A stretch of 64,000 nucleotides of DNA, taken from contig JANOFM010000298.1 in assembly GCA_031413635.1 (NCBI GenBank), positions 1,107 to 65,106 on the forward strand, read 5' to 3'. Shown in pieces: positions 27,275-39,822 of the stretch. The notes beneath the pieces were generated by a model that did no database searches, had not been told where the DNA came from, and worked only from the letters and a program-made list of their open reading frames with translations. Within the stretch, counting starts at the first letter, position 1. Each line of letters opens with the position of its first letter. This DNA is from Alphaproteobacteria bacterium. Its GTDB lineage: Bacteria > Pseudomonadota > Alphaproteobacteria > Micropepsales > Micropepsaceae. Position numbers and translations under genes: made by a program.

Positions 27275-28153
27275 CTAGTCGCCTGGCGGCAGAACGGGCG
27301 CCTCGCGCAGCAGGACGATGCTGATACGCCGGTTGGCGGAAGCCATCGGGTTGTCGGGATAGAGCGGATCGGAACCGGCTTTGCCGGCGACTTCGGAGAT
27401 CCGGTCTTGGTTAAGGCCCCCATCCTCGAGCACCTTCAAACTTGCGTTCGCGCGCGCCGAGGAAAGGTCCCAATTCGAGTAACCGCCGGGACCCGAAAAC
27501 GTCGCGCCATCGGTATAACCGGCAATGGCGATGCGGTTGGGAAGGACGCTGGCGAGTTTGCCCACTTCCTGCAGCAGGCGCTGGATCCGCGGCGTCGGTT
27601 GGGCGCTGCCGGGCTCGAACATCGAGCGCCCGTCTTGGTCGACGAGCTGAATGCGCACGCCTTCCGGCGTTTCGTCGATCAGCACGTGCTTGGACAGCTC
27701 GGCCAAATCGGGCTGGTCTTGCATCGCCTGGCGCAGACGCGCCGCGGCTTGCTCAAGCGCCTCGCTCTGACGGGTCTGCGCCTTGCTCGCGGCGGCGTCG
27801 GCGGCGACTTTGGTTTTGTCCTTAGCCTCGTCCGCGGGCGACTTCTGCTTGACCTGCGCTTGCACGCTCAACGAGCCTTCGCCCTTTTGACCGTCGTCGG
27901 ACGCCGACGTGCCGCTCAAAATCGCGCCGTTCCCCGATTCAGATCGCGTCACCGCTTCCGGCGCGAAATAGTCGGCGATGCCGCGCTTCTGCTCGGGCGT
28001 GGTCGTGTTGATCAGCCACATCAAAAGAAAGAACGCCATCATCGCGGTCACGAAGTCGGCATAGGCGACTTTCCACGCGCCGCCGTGATGGCCGCCGTGC
28101 CCGCCCTTCTTGATCTTCTTGATGATCGTGACGTTGTTGGTGTTGCTCGCCAT
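27275..28153 (-). CDS. motB: Flagellar stator protein MotB / OmpA-family peptidoglycan anchor
   Basis: The N-terminus [25 protein letters not shown] carries the conserved channel Asp. The C-terminus is an OmpA-like domain (IAIAGYTD...[10 protein letters not shown]). Confidence 0.85.
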   Translation of the reverse strand: MASNTNNVTIIKKIKKGGHGGHHGGAWKVAYADFVTAMMAFFLLMWLINTTTPEQKRGIADYFAPEAVTRSESGNGAILSGTSASDDGQKGEGSLSVQAQVKQKSPADEAKDKTKVAADAAASKAQTRQSEALEQAAARLRQAMQDQPDLAELSKHVLIDETPEGVRIQLVDQDGRSMFEPGSAQPTPRIQRLLQEVGKLASVLPNRIAIAGYTDGATFSGPGGYSNWDLSSARANASLKVLEDGGLNQDRISEVAGKAGSDPLYPDNPMASANRRISIVLLREAPVLPPGD

Positions 28154-28259
28154 AGTCCACGCGGCCTTGCCATCGGCAGGGCTAAAGTTTTACTTCGCTT
28201 AAGCGGCGACTATGACCGATCAGCCGTTAATGTGCCGTTCAACACCGGAAAGCGCGTAG

Positions 28260-28748
28260 ATGAGCCTGGATTCCCGAGCCTTTCGCGACGCCCTAGGCCA
28301 ATTCGCAACGGGGGTCGCCGTTGTCTCCGCGCGCGCACCCACGGGCGAGGCGATCGGTCTGACCATCAATTCTTTCGCCTCGGTGTCGCTCGATCCGCCG
28401 CTGATTTTGTGGAGCCTCGACCGCGCCTCGGACCGCTTCCAGACCTTCATGCACGCCAGGCATTTCGCGGTAAATGTGCTCAGCGAGGACTGCACCGCCC
28501 TGTCGCAGCGCCTGTCGCGCAAAGGCGAACGCGCACTCGACGCAGAGCAATTAACGAAAGGCAAACACGATCTGCCGGTGCTGGAGCGTGCGCTGTCTCA
28601 CTTCGAATGCAGCGTCGAGGCCCGCCACGACGGCGGCGATCACGTCATCTTCGTCGGCCGCGTGTTGAGCTTCGGTCGCAATGCGAAACTCAAGCCGCTG
28701 CTCTACTTTCGCGGCCACTATCGCGGATTGGCCGAACGCGAAGGCTGA
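28260..28748 (+). CDS. Flavin reductase family protein (HpaC/NtaB-like)
   Basis: FRDALGQFATGVAVVSA...NSFASVSLDPPLILWSL pattern. Confidence 0.85.
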   Translation: MSLDSRAFRDALGQFATGVAVVSARAPTGEAIGLTINSFASVSLDPPLILWSLDRASDRFQTFMHARHFAVNVLSEDCTALSQRLSRKGERALDAEQLTKGKHDLPVLERALSHFECSVEARHDGGDHVIFVGRVLSFGRNAKLKPLLYFRGHYRGLAEREG

Positions 28749-31168
28749 AGCACCAGCGTTGCCGCCGCGCGGCGCTCGATCTCCGCCGCATCCGTCGTCA
28801 TCGCAAGATATTCGCCGCGCGCCCATCGCGGCGCCAAATCGCCGTAGTGTGGCGAATAAACGTTGCCGCTCTGCCCTGTCGCGATCATGAAGATCGACTT
28901 GTTCGGCTCGGCCAGATCGTAGACCGCGCGATAGCCGCTGCCGTGCACGGCCGCAAACGGCTCGCGGTTCGAATAACGATAGGCAGCGCGCTGGATCGCG
29001 GAGTTGCCGCCGCCCATGGGCTCGCGCAAACCGAACACGTCTCGCAACACTGGCACGAACCCGAAGGGTGTGTGCGAAAACGTCGCCCGATGCACATCGC
29101 CCCAGCGCCACGCCGCCATGTCGCTGCCGTAAGCGTCGCTCAACTCCGCGACCGCGTCGGTCAGACTTTTCACGAGTATTTGACTGCATTTCTCGACGCG
29201 GTTCTTGGTCGCGACGTCGTCGCAAAACTGCGCCGCCGCGGGATCGCCCGCGACCACCGCGGCAATGAAGTCTGGCCGGTCGTTCCACACACGATCGAAC
29301 AGCTCGCCCAATTCGTCCGCGGCAAGCGCCCTGGTGAACGCCCGCATCCAGGCCGCGAAGATCAGCGGCTCGCCGCGGTCCGGCCGCATGTGCATGTCCC
29401 AAGCTTTGAGCAAAGCAAGCGCTCGTCTTGCGCGCTCGTCACTCGGCGACGCAAGCTTGAGCATTCCCGGCAACACGTCCATCGCAAACCGCTCGCCGGT
29501 GTCGAGTTGCATCGCGCGAAAACTATCGACGCTGTGTTTCGGTTGCGCGTCGATCAGCGCTCTGATCCGTCGCGCGCGGTGTTCCGGGTCGAAGTCCAAG
29601 GCCACCAAATGCGGATAATCGGATCGCACGACATTGTTGTTGGCGGTCACGAACACATCGTTTTCGCGCCCCCACCAGCGCGGGCCTTCGGCCTGCGGGA
29701 TCATGCCGATCCAATCGAAGCGAGGATCGCGCCCGTCGCCGGGCAACAATCCCCTGACCGGATTGTCCGCCCGCCGCATCGGGATGGAACCCGGCAGGGC
29801 CAATCCGATGTCGCCTTGATTATTCGCCAGGACAAAGCTCTGGATCGGCGCGCGATAGGTCGAGAAGCCACGCTCCAGCCCCGCGGGTGTAACGTCGCTA
29901 TGGGTGAAGATCGCAAGCGCCGTCTCCAGCGTGCGGTCGTCGGCATCGAGCGCCGGCCACGCCAGCGACAGCGCATAGCCGTCCGGCACCAACGCCTTCA
30001 AGCGCGGCTCATCGGTCGGCAAGACGGGGCCGTGCCGCGTGCTCCGTATACGGATCGTCTTGTCGGCGCCGAGACGCACCTTGATGATCTCTTCGCGCAC
30101 GGAGAACTTGCGCGTCGTGCGGGCGGAGTCGAAATAACTGTCGCGATCCTCCGCATCGATCTTTTCCCAATAGAGGTCTTGCGTATCGGCACCCGTCGTC
30201 GTCATGCCCCAGGCCAGATGATCCGTGCGCCCGGCGATGATCGCGGGGATGCCGGGGATCGATCCGCCGATCGCTTGCCCGCCCGGCCAGTTCAGATGCG
30301 CCAAATACCAAATCGCCGGCACGCTCAGCGGCAAATGCGGATCGTTGGCGAGCAGAGGCTTACCGCTCGTGGTGCGCGCGCCGCCGACCACCCAGTTGTT
30401 CGATGCGCCTTGGCGCTCCATCGAAGGCGCGATGGCATCGAGCGCATCCGCGAACTTCACCGCTTCGGCGGGCGCATAAGCGCGATAGGCTTCAATCACT
30501 TCCTTCGGCAGCGGCGGATTGAACGCCGCCGCTTTCTCCGGCCCCAGCACCTTCAGCAATTGCAGCCGGAATATTTCTTGAAACGCGTTCGCCGACAGTT
30601 GAACCGCAAGTCCTTTGAGCACCGCGACGGAGTCCGCCGCTCTCCACGCCTCCGGCTCGACGCCAAGCATGAAAAACTCCGGCGGCAACGGCTTGCCATT
30701 CTTGGGCCGCGCCGCATTCACGCCGGCTGCATAAGCGGCAAGCGCGGAACGCGCGTCGGGCGACAAACGTTCCGCCGCCTGTTCGGCAGCGCGGTAAAGC
30801 CCAAGCGTGCGCAGATATGTATCGGCGATGAGCGTCGCCGATCCGGCAACTTCGCTAAGGCGACCTTGGATCGTACGCCGTTGAAAATCCATCTGCCACA
30901 AGCGGTCTTGCCCGTGAACGAAGCCGAGCCCGAACAGAGCGTCGTTGCGGCTCTGCGCCGTGATGTGAGGCACGCCCTCCCTGTCGCGCACGATGCGCAC
31001 CGGCGCCGACACCCCCTCGACCTCGATTGTGCCATCGAGGTGAGGCATCGACCCGCGCAACGCGATCGTCGTTCCGGCGACAAACAGCGCCAGCATGCCG
31101 AAGAAACCGATCAAGCCGAGGCCTGCAATTTTCAGTGCCCGTTTCATTCCTTGCGCCGTCCGCTCCAT
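28718..31168 (-). CDS. Penicillin acylase family Ntn-hydrolase (possible acyl-homoserine-lactone or beta-lactam acylase)
   Basis: An N-terminal TM/signal segment, then the GASNNWVVGG nucleophile Ser at the alpha/beta processing site and LANDPHL. Confidence 0.9.
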   Translation of the reverse strand: MERTAQGMKRALKIAGLGLIGFFGMLALFVAGTTIALRGSMPHLDGTIEVEGVSAPVRIVRDREGVPHITAQSRNDALFGLGFVHGQDRLWQMDFQRRTIQGRLSEVAGSATLIADTYLRTLGLYRAAEQAAERLSPDARSALAAYAAGVNAARPKNGKPLPPEFFMLGVEPEAWRAADSVAVLKGLAVQLSANAFQEIFRLQLLKVLGPEKAAAFNPPLPKEVIEAYRAYAPAEAVKFADALDAIAPSMERQGASNNWVVGGARTTSGKPLLANDPHLPLSVPAIWYLAHLNWPGGQAIGGSIPGIPAIIAGRTDHLAWGMTTTGADTQDLYWEKIDAEDRDSYFDSARTTRKFSVREEIIKVRLGADKTIRIRSTRHGPVLPTDEPRLKALVPDGYALSLAWPALDADDRTLETALAIFTHSDVTPAGLERGFSTYRAPIQSFVLANNQGDIGLALPGSIPMRRADNPVRGLLPGDGRDPRFDWIGMIPQAEGPRWWGRENDVFVTANNNVVRSDYPHLVALDFDPEHRARRIRALIDAQPKHSVDSFRAMQLDTGERFAMDVLPGMLKLASPSDERARRALALLKAWDMHMRPDRGEPLIFAAWMRAFTRALAADELGELFDRVWNDRPDFIAAVVAGDPAAAQFCDDVATKNRVEKCSQILVKSLTDAVAELSDAYGSDMAAWRWGDVHRATFSHTPFGFVPVLRDVFGLREPMGGGNSAIQRAAYRYSNREPFAAVHGSGYRAVYDLAEPNKSIFMIATGQSGNVYSPHYGDLAPRWARGEYLAMTTDAAEIERRAAATLVLQPSRSANPR

Positions 31169-31215
31169 CGCGCTAATCGCCCCATCAGTCTTCGCAAACT
31201 ATCGGAAGGTACGCC

Positions 31216-34280
<3,065 letters not shown>

Positions 34281-34283
34281 ACG

Positions 34284-34688
34284 ATGATCTCGCCGCGTCT
34301 CGCGCTTTGGGCGCTCGCTTACGGCCTTCTCATTTGGTTTGAAGCGACGCTGATCATCCGCTGGGCGGGAGATCTGATCTTCATCCCCGAAAATAAAATC
34401 TGGACGATCGGCGGCTTTGTCGTCACCGCAGCCCTCGTCTTTGCGGTCGGTTGGTTCTTCTTCGCGACGTTTCAGACACCGCCCGCGGCAAGAGCGGCCT
34501 CGGCCATCCTGATCTGCGCCGTCGGCCTGATCGCCGACGCCTTCGTGTTCAGCTGGATCGATACGGTTTTTCCGGACATGTCGAGCGAACAACAGCGCTT
34601 ATTCGCGGTTTGGATAGTTTGGGCCTACGGCGTGGGTTTGATCAGCGGATTGTGGCCGCAAAAACTCATTCGCGTTCCGCAAGCCTAA
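34284..34688 (+). CDS. Hypothetical 4-TM membrane protein embedded in the valine-catabolism operon
   Basis: Hydrophobic 134-aa ORF packed 3 nt after the ACAD stop and 10 nt before the next gene. Confidence 0.55.
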   Translation: MISPRLALWALAYGLLIWFEATLIIRWAGDLIFIPENKIWTIGGFVVTAALVFAVGWFFFATFQTPPAARAASAILICAVGLIADAFVFSWIDTVFPDMSSEQQRLFAVWIVWAYGVGLISGLWPQKLIRVPQA

Positions 34689-34698
34689 GGAACAAGCG

Positions 34699-35739
34699 AT
34701 GGAAGACGTTCTATTCGAGAAACGCGGTCGCGCCGGCCTCATCACGTTGAACCGGCCGAAAGCCCTGAATGCGCTGACACTCGACATGGTCCATGCCATG
34801 CGCGCTCAGCTCGAGGATTGGCGCAACGACAATGCGATCGCATGCATCGTCATTCGCGGGGCAGGTGAGCGCGCCTTTTGCGCCGGCGGCGACATTCGCG
34901 CCCTGCACGACTCCGGCAAGGCGGGCACGCCCTACGTCTTCGATTTCTACGCCCACGAATATCGCCTGAACCGCACGATAAAGCGTTACCCGAAGCCCTA
35001 CATCGCGCTGATCAACGGCATCGTAATGGGTGGAGGTGTCGGTGTTTCCGTACACGGACTATATCGTGTCGCCGGGGAAGGTTGCGTCTTCGCCATGCCG
35101 GAGACGGGGATCGGACTATTTCCCGACGTAGGCGGCACCTATTTCCTGCCGCGTTGCCCCGGCGAGGTCGGCCTGTATTTGGGGCTCACAGGCGCACGAC
35201 TCGACGTCACCGACGCAAAATACGCCGGCATTGCGACGCATGTCGTGCCCGCGACACAGCACGAAGCGTTGATTGATGCTTTGGCGGACGGCACAAGGCC
35301 GTTGGAACGCACGCTCGCTCATTTCGCGGTCAGCCACGACAACAAGTCGAAGATCGCCGGCCTCCAGCCTTTGATCGATCGCCATTTCGCCGGCGGTTCG
35401 GTTGAAGCAATTTTCGCTTCTCTTGAAGTCGATGCGTCGCTCTTCGCTGCCGAGACTCTGAAGTCGCTGCGCACAAAGTCGCCGACCAGCCTGAAGGTGA
35501 CCTATCGCCAAATTCGCGAAGGCAAAAAGCTCGGCTTTGAAGATTGCATGCGCCTGGAATTCCGCCTGACGAACCGCTTCATGCACGGCCGTGACTTCTA
35601 CGAGGGCGTCCGCGCCGTCATACTGGAAAAAGACAACGCCCCGAATTGGCAGCCGTCGTCGCTCGAGTCGGTGACGGAAGCGCAGGTCAATGCATATTTC
35701 GCAACCCTGCCTAACGGCGATCTTGCACTCGACATTTGA
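34699..35739 (+). CDS. 3-hydroxyisobutyryl-CoA hydrolase (crotonase superfamily)
   Basis: LNRPKALNAL...GAGERAFCAGGDIR, and the roughly 346-aa length is typical of the hydrolase branch. Confidence 0.8.
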   Translation: MEDVLFEKRGRAGLITLNRPKALNALTLDMVHAMRAQLEDWRNDNAIACIVIRGAGERAFCAGGDIRALHDSGKAGTPYVFDFYAHEYRLNRTIKRYPKPYIALINGIVMGGGVGVSVHGLYRVAGEGCVFAMPETGIGLFPDVGGTYFLPRCPGEVGLYLGLTGARLDVTDAKYAGIATHVVPATQHEALIDALADGTRPLERTLAHFAVSHDNKSKIAGLQPLIDRHFAGGSVEAIFASLEVDASLFAAETLKSLRTKSPTSLKVTYRQIREGKKLGFEDCMRLEFRLTNRFMHGRDFYEGVRAVILEKDNAPNWQPSSLESVTEAQVNAYFATLPNGDLALDI

Positions 35740-35771
35740 TGACCAGCTGACACGATAAACGGGAGAACGCC

Positions 35772-36665
35772 ATGCGGATCGGATTCATCGGTTTAGGCAA
35801 TATGGGCGGGCCGATGGCGGCCAACCTCGTAAAGGCAGGCCACCAGGTCGCCGTGTTCGACATGTCGAAAGCCGCAATCGAAAATGTAACCGCAGCCGGG
35901 GCGGCAGCCGCGGCGTCGGCCGATGCAGCAGCCGCCGATGCCGAAGTCGTGGTCACGATGCTGCCGGCAGGCCAGCATGTCCGCCAGGTCTATCTGGGCG
36001 AGCAAGGACTGCTCAAGTCTGTGAAACCCGGCACGCTGTGCATCGATTCCTCGACGATCGACGTGGCAACCGCGCGTGAAGTGCAAGTCGCCGCCAAGGC
36101 GGCGCGCGTCGACTTTCTCGACGCCCCCGTTTCCGGCGGTGTCGTCGGAGCAACGGCCGGAACGCTGACCTTCATGGTGGGCGGAGAAAACGACGCCTTC
36201 GCTCGCGCCAAGCCGATTTTGGAGAAGATGGGGAAGAACATCTTGCACGCCGGCGGCGCGGGGAACGGCCAAGCCGCGAAGATCTGCAACAACATGCTGC
36301 TCGCGATTTCGATGATCGGAACCTGCGAAGCGTTCGTACTCGCCGAAAAGCTGGGCCTGGACCATCAGACTCTTTTCGACATTTCATCGACGGCCTCCGG
36401 CCAATGCTGGAGCTTAACGACCTATTGTCCAGTCCCGGGGCCGGTTCCTGCGTCACCCGCCAATCGCAACTACCAAGCGGGTTTCACGGCTTCGATGATG
36501 TTGAAGGATCTAAAGCTCGCCCAGAGCGCGGCGCAGGCAGTAGGGGCCGCCACGCCGCTTGGCGCGCAAGCGACAGCGCTTTACAGCCTGTTTGAATCCG
36601 CCGGCGCCGGCGCGCGCGATTTTTCGGGAATTATTCAATTGTTGAGAGGAACCGCTGGCGATTAA
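35772..36665 (+). CDS. mmsB: 3-hydroxyisobutyrate dehydrogenase
   Basis: MRIGFIGLGNMGGPMA, DAPVSGG and GNGQAAKICNN motifs. Confidence 0.85.
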   Translation: MRIGFIGLGNMGGPMAANLVKAGHQVAVFDMSKAAIENVTAAGAAAAASADAAAADAEVVVTMLPAGQHVRQVYLGEQGLLKSVKPGTLCIDSSTIDVATAREVQVAAKAARVDFLDAPVSGGVVGATAGTLTFMVGGENDAFARAKPILEKMGKNILHAGGAGNGQAAKICNNMLLAISMIGTCEAFVLAEKLGLDHQTLFDISSTASGQCWSLTTYCPVPGPVPASPANRNYQAGFTASMMLKDLKLAQSAAQAVGAATPLGAQATALYSLFESAGAGARDFSGIIQLLRGTAGD

Positions 36666-36767
36666 CCGTTTGTTTGCCTCATAGTTTAAACCAATCTTAG
36701 CTGCAGCCGACTAACTTGGCGTCCAACGCAATGGGTGAGAAAGCCCGAAGCAGGACAGGTTGGGGTC

Positions 36768-37277
36768 ATGAACGGAAAGGCGACAGCGCGAGTTGCGACC
36801 GAAGAGCAAGGGCAAGAGGGCGTCAAGGCGCGCTATCTTGAATGCCTGAATTTGGTCGAACGTCTGCACAGGCAACTGCTCGACGTCATCAAGGACGAAC
36901 TTGAGCGCGTGGGCCAGCCCGAAGTGAACAGCGTTCAAGCGCTGCTCATGTTCAATATCGGCGAGCAGGAATTGACCGCCGGCGAACTGCGTACGCGCGG
37001 CCACTACCTCGGCTCGAACGTGTCGTACAATCTCAAGAAGCTCGTCGAAGGCGGCTACATCAACCATGTCCGCTCGGAAAGCGACCGCCGCTCGGTGCGT
37101 GTCAGCTTGACCGAAAAGGGCAAGGACATCCGTAAGATCGTGGCCGGCCTTTTCGATCGCCATGTCCACCTGGTTGAACCGTCGGGTGGTTTGCCGGTCT
37201 CTGAGTTTGAGAATCTGAATAAGTCGCTTAATCGCTTGGAACGTTTCTGGATGGATCAGGTCCGCTTTCGCCTCTAG
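36768..37277 (+). CDS. MarR-like winged-helix transcriptional regulator upstream of hemA
   Basis: wHTH pattern (LTAGELRTRGHYLGSNVSYNLKKLVEGGYI...SDRRSVRVSLTEKG). The ATG at 36768 is preferred over the GTG at 36735. Confidence 0.7.
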   Translation: MNGKATARVATEEQGQEGVKARYLECLNLVERLHRQLLDVIKDELERVGQPEVNSVQALLMFNIGEQELTAGELRTRGHYLGSNVSYNLKKLVEGGYINHVRSESDRRSVRVSLTEKGKDIRKIVAGLFDRHVHLVEPSGGLPVSEFENLNKSLNRLERFWMDQVRFRL

Positions 37278-37299
37278 CTTGCTGAGAACCGTTCGCAAG

Positions 37300-37330
37300 T
37301 TGCCGCATGAAGAGTTATGACATGCGACAA
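37300..37330. promoter_or_regulatory. Inverted repeat TTGCCGCATG-N11-CATGCGACAA upstream of hemA
   Basis: 9 of 10 positions are complementary. It lies 100 nt upstream of the hemA ATG and 23 nt downstream of the wHTH regulator gene. Confidence 0.3.
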
Positions 37331-37429
37331 TTGGCACTGGCATCCCGAGCGGTCGGGCGCTTTACTACCAAACGCAAGAGTCAGCCTTAAACAAGGGCTC
37401 TCAATTCGGTCGCGTTTGGGTTTCGCGGA

Positions 37430-38641
37430 ATGAACTACGAAGATCAATTTTCACAGGCCCTGGCGCAAGTTAAGCGGGAAGGTCGCTATCGGGTCTTCGC
37501 CGATATCGTTCGCCGCCGCGGCGCGTTTCCGACCGCCGTCCATCACACCGCGCAGGGCGAACTTCCGGTCACGGTTTGGTGTTCGAACGACTATCTGGGC
37601 ATGGGCCAGAGCCCGTTGGTTTTGACCGCGATGCACGCGGCGGTTGATGTCGCGGGCGCCGGTTCCGGCGGCACACGCAATATCGCCGGCACGACCCACT
37701 ATCACGTCGAACTCGAGCTCGAACTTGCCGACCTTCACGGCAAGGAAGCCGCGTTATTGTTCACGTCGGGCTACATAGCCAACGACGCGGCGCTCTCGAC
37801 GCTGGGAAACGTTTTGCCGGGATGCATCATTTTTTCAGATGAGCTCAACCACGCCTCGATGATCGAAGGCATGCGCCGCTCCAAAGCGCAGCGCCAGATC
37901 TGGCGCCACAACGACCTCAAGCATCTCGAAGAGCTGTTGTTGCGCGCCGATCCATCGGCGCCGAAGATTATCGCCTTCGAATCCGTCTACTCGATGGACG
38001 GCGACATCTCGCCGATCGGCGCAATTTGCGACCTCGCAAAAAAATTCGGCGCGCTGACCTACCTCGACGAAGTTCATGCAGTCGGCCTCTATGGCTCGCG
38101 CGGCGGCGGTGTCGCCGAGCGCGATGGCGTCATGCAACGGATCGACATCATCAACGGCACGCTGGCCAAGGCGTTCGGTGTGATGGGCGGTTACATTGCA
38201 GCCACAGCCCAGTTCGTTGATGTCGTGCGCTCGTTCGCGCCGGGTTTCATCTTCACGACATCGATCCCGCCGGTCTTGGCGGCAGGCGCCCTCGCAAGCG
38301 TGCGTCATCTCAAGGTCAGTCAGGTTGAGCGGATACGCCATCAGGAACGTGCGGCCACTCTGAAGACGCTAATGCGCGAAGCAGGCCTGCCGGTGATGCC
38401 GTCGGTCAGTCACATCGTGCCCGTGCTTGTTGGCGATCCTACGCGCTGCAAGCAGTTGTCTGACATTTTGCTGCTCGAACACGCGATCTATGTTCAGCCG
38501 ATCAACTACCCGACTGTACCTCGCGGGACCGAGCGTTTGCGCTTTACCCCGTCGCCGTTCCACGACGACGACAAGATGCGCGCGCTGATTACGGCACTCG
38601 ACAAGGCGTGGTCGCGGCTCAACATCCAACGTGCCGCCTAA
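37430..38641 (+). CDS. hemA: 5-aminolevulinate synthase
   Basis: Canonical ALAS: N-terminal FxxxLxxxKxEGRYRVF, [10 protein letters not shown], and the PLP-lysine motif GTLAKAFG. Confidence 0.95.
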   Translation: MNYEDQFSQALAQVKREGRYRVFADIVRRRGAFPTAVHHTAQGELPVTVWCSNDYLGMGQSPLVLTAMHAAVDVAGAGSGGTRNIAGTTHYHVELELELADLHGKEAALLFTSGYIANDAALSTLGNVLPGCIIFSDELNHASMIEGMRRSKAQRQIWRHNDLKHLEELLLRADPSAPKIIAFESVYSMDGDISPIGAICDLAKKFGALTYLDEVHAVGLYGSRGGGVAERDGVMQRIDIINGTLAKAFGVMGGYIAATAQFVDVVRSFAPGFIFTTSIPPVLAAGALASVRHLKVSQVERIRHQERAATLKTLMREAGLPVMPSVSHIVPVLVGDPTRCKQLSDILLLEHAIYVQPINYPTVPRGTERLRFTPSPFHDDDKMRALITALDKAWSRLNIQRAA

Positions 38642-38828
38642 CGCGCCCTCCGCCATCATCTTGGAGGTGACGACCGTCGGTTCGTCGCAGAAAGTGACGG
38701 CAATCGACGAGGCAACGGGCACGGAAGTATCCTTCATCGCGCCCACATCCGCCGCCCGAATCGATATCGAACGCCTTGCAAGATCGAAACTCGCCTACGT
38801 CATGAAAAAAAAAGGCGACGACGCCTAA
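38631..38828 (+). CDS. Small conserved-looking hypothetical protein (65 aa)
   Basis: The GTG start overlaps the last 11 nt of hemA. The pattern [25 protein letters not shown] resembles a small alphaproteobacterial family that I cannot name with certainty. Confidence 0.45.
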   Translation: MPPNAPSAIILEVTTVGSSQKVTAIDEATGTEVSFIAPTSAARIDIERLARSKLAYVMKKKGDDA

Positions 38829-38868
38829 GGCCTCGCCGCCCAATTCTCGAAGACTGCCGGCGAGTTGG

Positions 38869-39324
38869 CTAGGCCGCCTTCTTGCGCCGTCCGCGTCCGG
38901 CACTCGCCGGGACCCGCCCAAGACCGATCTTCTTTGCGAAATCCGAACGCTGACGCGCGTAGGCCGGGGCGACCATTGGATAGTCGGGCGGCAGTCCCCA
39001 CTTCGCGCGGTATTCTTCCGGCGACATGCTGTAGTTCGAGCGCAGATACCGCTTCAACATTTTCAGCCTCTTGCCGTCCTCCAGGCAAATGATGAAGTCG
39101 TCGCCGATCGATTTCTTCACCGAGACCGCGGGCTTTGCGGCGTTCGCGGCATCGACGCCGGCACCCGACATCAAGCCGGCCAGCGCCGAATGTACGTTTT
39201 TCAGGATGACCGGGACTTCCGTCATCGGCACCTGATTGTGGCTGACATACGATGAGACGATACCTGTCGCGAGATTCAACAGGTGGTCGGTGGCTTTGCC
39301 GTTCTCTGGTTTGGTGTCCGACAT
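38869..39324 (-). CDS. mucR: MucR/Ros family transcriptional regulator, variant lacking the His zinc ligands
   Basis: ICLEDGKRLKMLKRYLRSNYSMSPEEYRAKWGLPPDYPMVAPAYARQRS. The ATG at 39324 (MSDTKPE...) is preferred, because the track N-terminal extension is hydrophobic and implausible. Confidence 0.9.
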   Translation of the reverse strand: MSDTKPENGKATDHLLNLATGIVSSYVSHNQVPMTEVPVILKNVHSALAGLMSGAGVDAANAAKPAVSVKKSIGDDFIICLEDGKRLKMLKRYLRSNYSMSPEEYRAKWGLPPDYPMVAPAYARQRSDFAKKIGLGRVPASAGRGRRKKAA

Positions 39325-39822
39325 CGAGGGTATCCTAAGTTGTTCTGGCGAAATAATATTACTGACTTTTGGAATCGGGAGCTTCAGCTTCACCATATGG
39401 AACTTGACGATCGACGACGCAAGTAAAAACCAGAATATCCACACCATGCCGTCACAATTTGGTTAGTATTTCGAGGCTATTCGGCTCAACTAAGTTGACT
39501 TCGCCTGACGCTATTCACAGGCAGTCGATAAACTATTGTTGAACAGGCGAAGGCATCGACAAATCCTCGATCAGTTTGTGTTCGTCGGCGCAACGATGAC
39601 GCTTGGATTGGTGTGAGACGGAAATCACGCCAGACCCATGCCGCGTTCGCGTCGGCCGTTAACCCAAAACCGTCAAGCGGGGTCGCTAATCTCCAATACT
39701 TCACCGCAATAGTATTAGCGGGATTGAACGCAGCCCCCGCAAATGCTTGTGTTGGATCGTGGGTAAGTATCCAGTTGGACACAAGCCCGGGTAGGTCACG
39801 CCGGGGGAGCCGAAGCCAAACA

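Noticed and set aside
28718-28748. A 31-nt tail-to-tail overlap of the flavin reductase and acylase genes. A similar 15-nt overlap occurs between the HIBADH-like gene and hemB at 32062-32076.
   Set aside because: Convergent 3' overlaps of this size are common in compact high-G+C genomes and need no special explanation. No terminator or structure is evident.
39700-39822. A possible ZTP, NrdR-box or other riboswitch-like element before nrdR, prompted by the CCGGGGGAGCC segment.
   Set aside because: The conserved ZTP 5' core (GGGTCGTGAC-like) and the 3' CCGCCTGGGC pseudoknot partner are absent. I could not fit any riboswitch consensus I know. The region is kept only as a generic long intergenic region finding.
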